A DNA stretch of 37,701 nucleotides from Rhizaria sp. SCN 62-66. Taxonomy: Eukaryota. The notes beneath the pieces were generated by a model. It ran no database searches. It was not told where the DNA came from and saw only the letters and a program-made list of their open reading frames with translations. Positions 23,801 to 33,840 of the stretch are shown piece after piece. How positions within the stretch are numbered: position 1 is the first letter of the stretch; every line of letters begins with the position of its first letter. The stretch covers positions 62,001 through 99,701 of the forward strand of contig MEDY01000065.1 of assembly GCA_001724265.1 (NCBI GenBank), in the 5' to 3' direction. Made by a program: the position numbers and the translations under genes.

Positions 23801-24503
23801 CAAGTGCGGAGCGATAGGGATCAAAGGTGACCTGCGCGGTGCCCGGCAGGAACGCGTAGGACCCGTCGCTGGTCATCATCAGCGGCGCCGCAGCGCCCTG
23901 CTGACCCTGTTGCGTCACCGGGTACAGCAAGCGCGCGTAGTGGCCTGTGGCGAGGTAGTCGGCGCGCGCGGTCTCGAACGCGTACTTGAGGAAGTAGCCA
24001 AACTTGATGAAGCGATTGCACCCAATGTCAGGGTTTGGCGTGCGCGCGCGTGTGTATTCGTCGAGCATGGGCTCGAACACCTCGCTCCAGTACTCCTTCG
24101 AGAAGCTCACTTCGGAGAGCGGGAGGCCGAGATGCTCTGCGACGCGCCGCGCGTCCCAGAGGTCCTGCTCGCCTGTGCAGTGGTTGTTCTCGTCGGAGGC
24201 GTCCCAGTTGCGCATGTGGACAAGCTGGAGGTCGAAGCCGCGCTCCTGCAGAAGCACTGCCGCGACGGCCGAGTCCACGCCGCCTGACAGCCCCAGCAGC
24301 ACGCGCGGGCGAGGCGTGTTCGCGGGGGGAGCAGGCGCAGGGGTCGCAGAGATCGGGGAAAGGTGTCCAATAGAGCGGGACGGGTGGGCGCTAAGAAGAC
24401 CGCGGCCGTGGGGAACGGCGGCGCGGGTGGCGGCGAGGATGCCGCGGCGGTGGGGGCTCATCAATGAGGACCCGACAGCAATGCTCCGCGATGCAGAAAA
24501 CAT
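20862..24503 (-). CDS. TRMU: tRNA 2-thiouridylase MnmA/TRMU, probably mitochondrial, 1213 aa with large insertions, single exon
   Basis: PP-loop LSGGVDS, MRNWD, TPNPDIGCNRFIKF, ATGHYAR, KDQTYF, FPLGHLPK, DSRGICFVG, HSGLVHYTEGKR, LTPGQ, CMGAG. Arg/Ser-rich presequence-like N-terminus from the ATG at 24503. Confidence 0.9.
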   Translation of the reverse strand: MFSASRSIAVGSSLMSPHRRGILAATRAAVPHGRGLLSAHPSRSIGHLSPISATPAPAPPANTPRPRVLLGLSGGVDSAVAAVLLQERGFDLQLVHMRNWDASDENNHCTGEQDLWDARRVAEHLGLPLSEVSFSKEYWSEVFEPMLDEYTRARTPNPDIGCNRFIKFGYFLKYAFETARADYLATGHYARLLYPVTQQGQQGAAAPLMMTSDGSYAFLPGTAQVTFDPYRSALGPHTNNESGSNGDSTGDGVNSIKSSVSFAQLSRSQHHVPAHHSFGHDYAVGGVHARAPPPPSARLVSGVGHKDQTYFLSSVLAGHLDRVIFPLGHLPKEQVRAIAAAAGLPVAAKTDSRGICFVGKKRSFVDFIDGYLPPKDRRSGPIVSPDGLASALALYAAEFAPHTRSSSSGSVSSSESALARRRRIEGNNVTVNSHTNSDSEGDYDEIFNANSNMNSYSYHRLDDKLHYNTNNKNAKNNTNSSGSFSTGSDGFGSQSAPDALPDAAADAAALASLPSELRPLVSFAAPPSAPAVRMTLTQGLEALFTPLVDALPPTASFPLAESQSQPPSQIRAMPSGSLLAPPMAPAAPQQLAPAGGSIFLPSSPAASNTAASPFGSGFSAGTSAEEAPIWQRAAAAYGALERLSPDEPAVALADALFLKGRRRLPAATTSASASSSNAVSSASSSAHGGSAGLAPARDFPLEHSGLVHYTEGKRVADGAFPLPYRCVRKLRAINAVCAAPATHAVTRRTSFLVRGFSWQTPFPPLMPSHDFASLQRSLAPLARWHRAEQALLLGRVHRARAVYLERWHAIARGHARSAGEDPARAAHLRELEMTLETLIPPAVAEAERAEAEAAAAVTASTSPAAETVTSSGDAGVDRSLACTVATTLSLQRAEAQGLLRRLPTWQHKEFLSEQRAAYDAARAREPFNASVALAPLWAYAATTVQIFPLSDRAPAAAATQTGPAALSALGVPCLAKLRSTGALVPVRVSAERVPRALLEECYDGRGAGVARDATLAQALEAAGLQGHFRVEAAEDAESENVADAGAAANSAAVDAASASAVEAESRARMGVAPAVTLGEDGLPIRAPSSTIDSDLNTSSNSDATSSTTAAASASAGDENKGKYELCLRVHLPAGFSEALTPGQTLALYRALPADLAPDAEDAARALWPPVEPKFERFLGSTQEQVHRAEDGGVGARFNGRDLYECMGAGLIAL

Positions 24504-24952
24504 GCTGTTCACCGTCTACATAAGGACGAATATTTTGGAGAATAAGTTTAAGTGTAAGGTTTAAAATGATTCATTGGCCTGCATGCTATTCAACGGTTGT
24601 TTGGAGTCACGCCACAAGTTTTCATTTTGCGCTGCCGTGATCGAGCTCAGCAAGCTGTTGACTGGCGCAGCCGCAGCTTTCGCCCGAAATTGCAAGTGTT
24701 AACGCCTATCGTGCAATCGTTAAAGCCAAGCTCAGAAAATAAGAGTTAATATATATAAAAAATGAAGTAAAGTGCCAAAAACAGATGTTTTATTTTTCTT
24801 ACGTCTTACGTATTCATCGCTGCGCAGAACCAAGCAGTTCCGCAGCACTGACTGCATGCCACGCTTAACACGCAAGTCATAAATATAACTCAACTCAACT
24901 CTTAATCTACAAGCTCAACAGCAACCCAACACATCGCATCGCTTCATCTAAC

Positions 24953-24964
24953 TTAGAGAAGACT

Positions 24965-24996
<32 letters not shown>

Positions 24997-25049
24997 TGAC
25001 AAAGGCGGGGAAGTTCTCGATCTCGATCTTCCACACAGCCTCCATGCCA

Positions 25050-25092
<43 letters not shown>

Positions 25093-25524
25093 GCGCCAGC
25101 GCCGCCGCGGGGCCGCCGATGGAGCCCAGGTAGAAGCCGCCATGCTTCTTGCACGCGTCAGTCACCTGCTTGCTGCGGTTACCCTTGGCCAGAGTGACCA
25201 GAGAGCCGCCGTTCGCCTAAAAGAGAAAACGTAGAAAGAAAGAAGACGCACAGGAGAGTTAGATTTATGATTTCAGTCTGAAAAGTTTTAGTAATAGGTA
25301 CACATATGAACATTACATTTAAATATAAGTGCACACTAGCAAATGGTATTTACTTCAATGAAATATATCTGGCGTACCTGGAAGAGGTCGACGTATGAGT
25401 CCATGCGGCCGGCGGTGGTGGGGCCGAACGAGCCAGAGGCCATGCCCTCGGGCGTCTTAGCGGGCCCAGCGTAGTACACGATGTGGTCCTTCATGTACTG
25501 TGGCAGCCCCTGGCCGGCGTCGAT

Positions 25525-25557
<33 letters not shown>

Positions 25558-25822
25558 CGCGACGACGATGGTGCCCGTGAGGCTCAGGCGGGTCTTGATG
25601 GGGTACTTGGTGAGCTCCTGGCGCAGCTTGTCCATGCCCTGGTTAAGGTCAATGTTGACGACCTGCGTGGTGAGGTTCTTGGTCTCGACCTCGGGCAGGT
25701 ACTTGGCCGGGTTGGTCTCGAGCGCCTCGACGTAGAGGCCGTCCTTAGTGATCTTGGCCTGCATCTGGCGGTCGGCGGAGCACGAGACACCGAGGCCCAC
25801 GGGGCACGACGCGCCGTGGCGG

Positions 25823-25866
<44 letters not shown>

Positions 25867-27056
25867 GAACTGGGCGCCGACGCCGGACTCCTGCAGACGG
25901 ACAGCAAAGAGCAACAAAGCGAAAATAAAAAGAAATAAAAAAAAGAAGATATACAGAGACAAAGACGTGAGAATTTGTTGATAAGATAAAAAAAGGAATG
26001 ATTATCTGTGATGTAAATTACCAGTGTAATATAATTTCCTCAGGTTGTTATCTTGAATGTTAAAAACCCTTGTTATAACGAGATATCGCTGCGTACCTGG
26101 CAGATCTTGAGGATCTTCTCCTCCCACTCGAGGTCGCGGAAGGCGCGGCCGTCGGCGTTGCCGGTGGTGGGGAGTCCGTCGAGGTAGCGCGCGGATGCGA
26201 GCTTGACGGTCTTAAGCGTCTGCTCCGCCGAGAGGCCGCCGACGGTGAGCGCGAGGTGGTAGGGCGGGCAGGCGGAGGTGCCGAGCGACTTGAGGTTCTG
26301 CTTGATGAAGGCCTCCATCGACGCAGGGTTCAGCAGCGCCTTGGTCTGCTGGTACAGGAAGGTCTTGTTGGCGGAGCCGCCGCCCTTGGCCATGAAGAGG
26401 AACTTGTAGGCGTCGCCGGGGGTGGAGAAGATGTCGATCTGCGCGGGCAGGTTGGTGCCGGTGTTCTTCTCGGCGAACATGTCCTGGGGCGCGACCTGCG
26501 AGTAGCGCAGGTTGCGCTTGACGTAGGTGTCGTACACGCCGCGGGAGAGGTGCTCGGCGTCGGTGCCGTCGGTGAGCACATTGGAGCCCTTCTTGCCCAT
26601 GATGATCGCGGTGCCGGTGTCCTGGCAGGAGGGCAGAATCATGCCGGAGGCGATGTTGGCGTTCTTGAGGAGCTCGAGGGCAACGAAGCGGTCGTTGTCG
26701 GTCGCCTCGGGGTCCTTGAGGATGTTGGAAAGCTGCTGGAGGTGGGAAGAGCGGAGCAGGTGGGAGATGTCGAACATGGCGCGCTCGGACAGCATGCGCA
26801 GGCCCTCGGGCTCGACCTTGAGGTACTCCTTGCCGTCGCACTTAACGGTCGAGACGTGGTCGGACGAAATCTTCTTCCACTCAACGGAGGGCGGGTTGGC
26901 CTCCTCGAAGATGTCCTGGTACTTAAACGCAGGCGTGGCCGCAAAGGCGCGCGCGGGAACGACGGGGGCCGCGGTGGCAGTGACGGAGGCCGCGGTCGCG
27001 CTCATGCGGGACACTGCAGAGGACTTGGCAAGACGCTGAATGCCCTGGCGAAACAT
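24953..27056 (-). CDS. Class I (4Fe-4S) fumarate hydratase, 578 aa, with mitochondrial-type presequence; exons 27056-26097, 25890-25378, 25216-24953
   Basis: [57 protein letters not shown] motifs. Two phase-0 GTACGC...AG introns. N-terminus [19 protein letters not shown]. Confidence 0.95.
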
Positions 27057-27655
27057 TGGATCTGTTGAAAAAACACAGATAAATCTTATGAGGTGAGTGA
27101 CGTTGCTTTTAAGGTGCGGGGTCGAGTGTGGCAAGAGCCGGCGCAGGTTAGCTTAGCAGCTGCTGACAGCAGATGCGAGGCTCTATTTCCCACTTGCATA
27201 GCGCACGATAAAGAAACTGTTGATCAAAGCCTATTTTCAAAAATTGTACAAAAACGTAGTGAAATATCAAAATTCAAACTCTCAGCGAGAAGCAATGACC
27301 AAAAGACGACGAAACTGATCGTGAAAAATGAATTAGCTCGTCCAAGCCCGACAAAGACCGGCCGCCGCCGCCGCTTCAGCGCTGCTTTGTAGCATGTGTT
27401 ACTATCGCAAAAAGTGTTGGTGTGACTTGATATCAGGATTTATTGTTCAATATTAAGGATTTCTAAGGTATATATAACGCGTATTTACAACATTCTCCGT
27501 ATATTTCGAATTACGGCCCCATTACCACGTGTTTCTACGTCGCCAAAGTTCATAATCAATCTTCTGCGCGCACTCCACTATCTTGGCCTTTCTCACCGCC
27601 AGTCACACTCACTGAATCTTCACACTCCTACACCAGCCTCTCACAGTGACTATGC

Positions 27656-29411
27656 TCACGTCTGGCGGCTCGCACCGGAGGCGGCCGAGGACTGCGCGTC
27701 GCGGATCTCGACGGAGTCGGAGAAGTACTGGTTGGGGTGGTGGATGTTCTTCTTCGGAGGCGTGTTGTTGTGCAGATAGGTGAAGTATTTCTGGCACGCG
27801 ACTTGGTAATACTTGGTCTCGACAATGCCCATGATCTCGTTGACGGCGTCGGTGCGCGCGGTGCGGTCCTTCATCGCGCCCTCGAGCTTCTACACAAGTG
27901 CGAAAAGACACCACACAAAGGTAACAAGGATAGGTTGTGAGGTGAAGTGACAAGTGAAGAAGTGAAAAACAGAACAAAACCAGTCAGATGCGCACACGTG
28001 CAAGTGCGACAGTGAAAGTGAAACTCAAAGAGAGAATGAGATGGAAGATGACGATGCAAGATGAAGATAGAATAGCAGTGTGTGATATTGCGTACCTTCT
28101 CGATGACAAGCTTGAGCTTCTCCTTGCCCGCGTGCGCGAAGGGGCAGCCCGAGTGTTCGGAGGGGCCCGTGCCGGGCGTGGAGGTGATGATGGAGTAGCA
28201 ACCCTTGGGCTTGCTCATTTGGCGCTTGCCTTCCTGGCCGTAGATGTGGCGGAAGTTGTACGCGTACTCCTTCTCGAACTTGTCGCTGGGCGTTTTCTTG
28301 CTAAACGCGGCCTGCCAGAAGTTCAGCGCCTCCGACAGCGGCAGCCCGATGCCCTGGAGGAAGAGCCCGAACTGCATGCGGCCGGCGTGCTTAAGGTGGC
28401 CGTCGGCGCGCAGGCCCTGGTACACCGTCTGCATGCAGAGCGGGAACGACTGCTCGGCCAGCCGCGGCACGTCGCGCGCAAGCACCGCGCCTGAGGCCTT
28501 GACGTGCGCCGCCGTGTCGGCGTCGTCGGCGCGGATGATGGTGAGCGCGTCGCGCAGCCGGCGGTCGCCCGCCAGCACCGTCTTGAGTTGGGACGACAGC
28601 TTCGCCAGCGAGCGCGAGAGCTGCGTGCGGAACTGCTGCTCCAGGATCTCGATAATGCGCGTCTCCGTGAGGAAGGCGCGGCCGGCGACGACGATGGCAC
28701 GGCGTAGGCGGACGTCTTCCATCAGCGCCGGGAAGGGCACGGAGTAGAGTTGGCGCGTCGTCGTCGTGTTGTAGAACTCGGCGATTGCGGGCGTGATCTC
28801 GGACGAAGGAACAACCTGCAGGTCAATGCCCACCTCGGCGGCACAAAGAGCGCGCTAATAAGGAAGAAAATAAGGGCAAAAGCGTGAGCGACAGCGACAG
28901 CGAACATAATTTGTGGAGGAACAGTAAGGGAGAGTTTTGGTGCGAGGGGGGACGAGGAGAGAGCAGAAGGATTGTGTGAGCGAGAAAGTGCGTAATAATG
29001 CAATTTAAGAAAAAAGAAAGATAGACCACCCAAAGTTATACTCGTGGGCACAATATAGAGTGAACGTACGTCCGTGGGGTGCGAGGTGCCGGCGCGGCAT
29101 TTGAAGAGGACCGACTCAAGCTGGAGGAACTGACGACGGAGGTCTTCGGTGCCGCAGAAGACGAGACGGAGGATGAAATGGGAGATATAGTCATCCTCAA
29201 TAGTCCACGCAACGTGGGTAAAGTTGCTGGGGTTCGCCTTGACCTCATTGAGGTAGTGGAGACGCTTGGCACCCAGAGAGATGAACCGGGGCAGCGACAA
29301 CTTGAGCGGAGGAGGATCTTGGTACATGTTGAACAGCGCCGTGGCCGAGGCACCGCCACCAGTGTTTAAACCCGCATGAGAAGTGCGAGCATGCATCGTC
29401 ACTTGTGCCAT
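27656..29411 (-). CDS. PRIM2: DNA primase large subunit (p58), ~444 aa; exons 29411-29070, 28854-28096, 27889-27656
   Basis: DDYISHFILRLVFC, FPLCM, HLKHAGRMQFGLFL, YAYNFRHIYGQEGKR, HSGCPF, YQVACQKYF, HPNQYF; four Fe-S cysteine positions present. The intron 2 acceptor is TAGAAG, so +/- one codon is ambiguous. Confidence 0.92.
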
Positions 29412-29681
29412 TGTATCACACCTCGAAACAACGGACGTTAACGACACGATTCCTTGTCAAAAGTCAAAGTTTCATCGGGCGCGAAATCACGACCAGCGAG
29501 CGCGCCAAATTTTTCGGTCCTCGTCAACACCGGAAAAACGACTTTTCAACTCGATATCTTCATGATTCCATGAGCAAAACAAAACACTTGATGTGAAAAT
29601 CGTGATTTTTATACGTAAATATACAATAAACAACAATAAACTGAACGGATATTCGCTTTAAGTCATGAAAGTCGAGTGGTC

Positions 29682-32600
29682 TTAATCGTCGGCCATCGCG
29701 GACGTGGATGTTACGTTGAGTCCATTAACAATGTCCACGAACGCATTCCCAAGCGGGTTCTCCTTAAGCGCGTGCACGGGCTTCCCGGCCCACTCCTCCG
29801 CAGTAAGGCACCACTCACGGCGGAACCTGTCTGCGTCTTGCTGCACGCCAAGCCACGCAAGCTCGCGCGCGCCCTTCCACGCGTCCAGCACAGGGTCACG
29901 CGCGCGCACAACCACGTGCGACACAGCCTTTTGATCAGCATCCTCCACGCCAGAGTTCCCACGCGCGCCTGCGCCCGCAGCGGAGAGGGCGGCGCACCCG
30001 CGGAGCTCGTTGCCGACGCGCAGCGCGAGGAACGGCAGACTGGCGAGTCCGCCGGTCAGGAACACGGACCGTGCGACGGCCGTGGCGACGGCAGCGGGAA
30101 GCCTGCGCAGCGCGCGCCGCACGGCCTCAGTGAGCCCGACGTGCGAGGCACCGACAATCCAGGGCGAGAACAGCGCCTCGGGCGCGCGCAGGCGCTCGGG
30201 CCAGACTAGCAAGTGCGTAGGCGGCAGCCCCATCGCGGCGGCGACGACGGCGCCGGGCCGGCCGGACTCGAAGGGGCGCGCGATGACCGTGTCCGCAAAG
30301 CTCGATTCGTCGCCCATCGCCGCCGCGCGCGCCGCCGCGGCCGCGGCCGTGGTGGAGGTGGCGGCCGCGAGCGAGACGACGGCGGGCAGCGGAACCGGGG
30401 GCAAGAGCTTGGGGTCCGCGCGCCAGAGCTCCCACAGCACGGCGTCGAGCGCGCGCACCGCGGACACGGCGGCGCGCGCGGTGGGCACGGCCGAGGCCCA
30501 CACGCCCGTCACGGGCGCGGCGGCGGCGGCCTTGGCGGCGGCCATGACGCCCGCACCCGCGAAGGTCGGCGGCACGAACGTGGTCACGGCGGGGAGGTTC
30601 GGCGGCAGCGTCCAGTTCATGTTGAACTGCGCCAGTGCGGAGACCAGCTCGGCGCGGTGCCGCAGCAGTCCGTCGGTGGAGCCTAGCACCGTGGCCGCGG
30701 AGGCCTGCACTGTCAGGACTGTCAGCCGCTCGAAGTACCCCGAAGGCGCGGGGATCGCGGCGCCTGCAGACGCGTCGCCGCCGGCTGCGGAGCCCGCGGC
30801 GGCCGCGGCGGTGGCGACGGCGGCAGCGGCAGCCTTTTCGGCCTGCTTGCGCATGCGGCCCTCGGAGCAGGCCTTGACGAAGCGCTGAGACTTCTTGGCC
30901 TTAAGGCCCTCCTCGTCGAGTTGGTCATCGGGCACCAAGAGCAAGGGAAACTTGGCAGCGATCTCCTCCTGACTAAAGCCAGTAAAACCCACAGGCACTG
31001 CGTTCGCAGTCGCACTTGCACCAGCGCCAGCAGCAGCAGTCGTCGCAGCAGAGGCGTCGTCGTCAGCAGCGCCGTCAGCGCCTTCCGCCACGTCCGCGTC
31101 TGCGTCGACGTCGCCGTCACGAGCCGCATCCCCGACGTCGCCGCCGTCGTCGTCGTCGCCGAGCGCAACGCCCTGCTCACGGAGAGCGCGCGCGTGCTGC
31201 GCCACGGACGTCTCGGCTGCGGTCAGGTTCCGCCTGATCTCGATGAGCACGCCCGCAATGACGTCCGCAGCGGCCATGTCGCGCGGCGCCGCGTAGCCCG
31301 CCGCCGCCGCCTCGGCCGCAGCGGCCTCGGGCGTGGCGTCGCCTCGCGCCAGCGCTGCCTGCAGCGCCTCGAACGCGGCGAGCTCGGCGCGGAGTGCGCG
31401 CATCTTGGCCACGCGCTTCGTGTGCAGCATGCGGCGGAAGCGCAGAGAAGATTGTTGCTTGCGCTCCGCCGCCGACGCCATCGCCGCCTCGGTCGACAGC
31501 GCCGAGGACTGGGCCAACGCGGCCGCGGCGGCGCCGCCGCGGGCGACGAGCGCGAGCGGGCCGAGCAGCGGGCCGTGGGCGGAGAGGGACGCCGTGAGCG
31601 GGAGCAGGTCGCTGCGGCGCACGCACATGTGCACAGTCGTCGTCGGCGCGGCCGCAGTCGCAGAGGAGCTCGCAGAGCCCGCGTTGCCGGCTGACTCACT
31701 CGAGAGGGCGGAGAGCTTGTCGAGGAGGCCGACCGTGGCGTTGGCGAGGGCCAGGGCGCGCTGCTGGCTCTCGCTCGCGACCGCAGTGGCGCCGGAGTGC
31801 GCGCGGTCGCTCTCGTTCGCAGCTGCGGCAGCGGGACTCGCGCTCGAGCTGCCCTCCGCAGGCGTAGCAGCACCAGCAGTGGCGTCCGGCGCAGCGGCAG
31901 AAGCAGGAGCGGCAGTCGTGCCCGTAGTGCTCGCGCTGGCGTTCGGACTCACAGCATCGATCGCCACACTCGACACAGCGACGCCGCCGGTCGTCACGGC
32001 AGTGACGGCCTCGGCCGCGGCTTCGCGCCACAGCGGCTCGCACACGGCGACGACCCGGCGCATCTCAGTTGCGTAAGCCTCGGCCGTGGGCGCCACGGCG
32101 CAGAGCCCGCTCTCGAGCAGCCAGCGCGCGCGCGGCACGGTCCCCACGGTGCGGCCGTTGCCCGTCGAGAGCTCCAGCGCGCCCGCCAAGAAGGCCTGCA
32201 GCGAGGACGCGCCCAGCGGCACGCGCGCGGCCGCGTCACCGCGGATGCGGTGGCGCGCCACGGGCAGCACGTGCAGCGCCGAGTGGGACAGCGAGAGGAC
32301 GAGCGCCGACGGCGGCGGGGCGTACGGGCAGCGCGGGAACGTCATGAGCGGCTGCGGCTGCGAGTCCGCGGCGGCGGCGCCCGCGCTATCGGTCGCGGCC
32401 GTGTTGGCAGCAGCGGAGTCAAACGCAGACGCAAGACGCGACCGCTTCGATGCGTGAATTACGTCGGAGTCGCTTTCGGCATCTGCAGCGGCGGCGGCAG
32501 CGGTCTCAAGCCTGCGCGCGTCGTCCCCGGCAATGTGCGCGGGACCGTACAGCGGCGGGAGCACGGCGGTGTTGTAGAACCACGCGGACAGCGCGTCGAC

Positions 32601-33200
32601 GACGTAGCAGACCGCGGGGACACCATAGGCGCCGAAGAGAAGCTCGTTGGTGATGGCGCGCGAAAACGCGGGGTTGTTGTAACACTCAGTCAGGATGATC
32701 GGGTGATCAACCCGGGAGCAGCCGGAGAGACCGAGCGCCTCGAAAATGTAGTCAAAAATCATCTCGAGCCAGTTGATGCCGTTGACTGCGCTGCCGTCGA
32801 AGGGGGACTTGAACTTGCTGCGCGAGGGATCAATGTCGCCGATGAAGCGGCCGACCAAGAGAAACTGCGGGGTGACGCCCTTGCCGCGTGTGAGCGCAAT
32901 AGCGGTGGGGATAATCACACGCGGCTCGGGCTCGTCGGCAAAGCCCGCGCGGCACTCGGAGGAGCCGAGGTCGATGACGATGGGAATGGCGGAGCCGCGA
33001 AGGCGGGAAGCGTACTCGGCGGGGGAAATCGCACGGTGGCGCACTGAAAGAGGCAGGTCCTCGGTCTCAAAGCGCGGGATGGGATGCGCGCGAGAGGCTT
33101 CAGTAAAGGAGGCGGCAGGGGAAGGCGCAGGAGAAACCGGGGGAACACCGGGGCCACTCATGGGGAGTGCGTTAGTGGCGGAAGCCACGTCGCTGGACAT
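29682..33200 (-). CDS. ARP5: Actin-related protein 5 (INO80 complex), 1172 aa with Ala-rich insertions, single exon
   Basis: PIVIDLGSSECRAGF, KSPFD, VDHPIILTE...NP..SR...NELLF..YGVP, the Arp5-type LLVPDDQLDEEGLKAKKSQRFVKA segment, ERLRAPEALFSP, VFLTGG, DPVLDAWKGA, LKENPLGN. Confidence 0.88.
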   Translation of the reverse strand: MSSDVASATNALPMSGPGVPPVSPAPSPAASFTEASRAHPIPRFETEDLPLSVRHRAISPAEYASRLRGSAIPIVIDLGSSECRAGFADEPEPRVIIPTAIALTRGKGVTPQFLLVGRFIGDIDPSRSKFKSPFDGSAVNGINWLEMIFDYIFEALGLSGCSRVDHPIILTECYNNPAFSRAITNELLFGAYGVPAVCYVVDALSAWFYNTAVLPPLYGPAHIAGDDARRLETAAAAAADAESDSDVIHASKRSRLASAFDSAAANTAATDSAGAAAADSQPQPLMTFPRCPYAPPPSALVLSLSHSALHVLPVARHRIRGDAAARVPLGASSLQAFLAGALELSTGNGRTVGTVPRARWLLESGLCAVAPTAEAYATEMRRVVAVCEPLWREAAAEAVTAVTTGGVAVSSVAIDAVSPNASASTTGTTAAPASAAAPDATAGAATPAEGSSSASPAAAAANESDRAHSGATAVASESQQRALALANATVGLLDKLSALSSESAGNAGSASSSATAAAPTTTVHMCVRRSDLLPLTASLSAHGPLLGPLALVARGGAAAAALAQSSALSTEAAMASAAERKQQSSLRFRRMLHTKRVAKMRALRAELAAFEALQAALARGDATPEAAAAEAAAAGYAAPRDMAAADVIAGVLIEIRRNLTAAETSVAQHARALREQGVALGDDDDGGDVGDAARDGDVDADADVAEGADGAADDDASAATTAAAGAGASATANAVPVGFTGFSQEEIAAKFPLLLVPDDQLDEEGLKAKKSQRFVKACSEGRMRKQAEKAAAAAVATAAAAAGSAAGGDASAGAAIPAPSGYFERLTVLTVQASAATVLGSTDGLLRHRAELVSALAQFNMNWTLPPNLPAVTTFVPPTFAGAGVMAAAKAAAAAPVTGVWASAVPTARAAVSAVRALDAVLWELWRADPKLLPPVPLPAVVSLAAATSTTAAAAAARAAAMGDESSFADTVIARPFESGRPGAVVAAAMGLPPTHLLVWPERLRAPEALFSPWIVGASHVGLTEAVRRALRRLPAAVATAVARSVFLTGGLASLPFLALRVGNELRGCAALSAAGAGARGNSGVEDADQKAVSHVVVRARDPVLDAWKGARELAWLGVQQDADRFRREWCLTAEEWAGKPVHALKENPLGNAFVDIVNGLNVTSTSAMADD

Positions 33201-33840
33201 CTTGTCGGCTGTGCACTGCGCGGGGTAGCGGGAAGTTCTTTAAGGTTCCGGGCAGTATTATCTGGAGCAAAACAAAGTGTTCTGCGTGGACACAGACAGA
33301 GAGACGATGAAAGTGAGTTGTTGAGGTAAGGGAGTCATATGTGTGAGTTGTCGATGATGAAGATTGCGGTGGGTCGCAAACCGAAAGATCCAAGGTATGC
33401 ACAGTGGCACAGGTGCTTGTTTTCAAGATACAATTAAAAAAATGAGCAGAATGCTGTATGAAAATATTCAAATTCATACTTAGCACTCTTCTGCCAAAGT
33501 CAATATCGTGATTTTCATCCTTGATTTCCGACAACCTAGCCCGCGCCTTTGCCGCTGTCGCTGCTTGCATAAGGACGGAGTTGCACATTTGCACTAAAGC
33601 TGAGTTATCTATGACATTTTTTGCATTTTTTGACTACGACTAAGTATACTATACATCCACAATTCGCACGAGTTATAGAACATATTAAGGTTTTATTTAC
33701 ATGGACCTTCATCAAGGCCATGTATACGCGAGTATCGATCCCCGTAAAAGAGTTAACAAGAGTTACGATCACATTGCGAAGCTACAATCGAACAGCGTTT
33801 CACTCACAGAAGTCGTCATTTGTTCACACAATCCATGTGT

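Noticed and set aside
21000..23930. Inteins or cryptic introns as the source of the TRMU insertions
   Set aside because: No intein terminal or homing-endonuclease motifs seen. The inserts are GC-rich and stop-free, unlike the AT-rich introns here.
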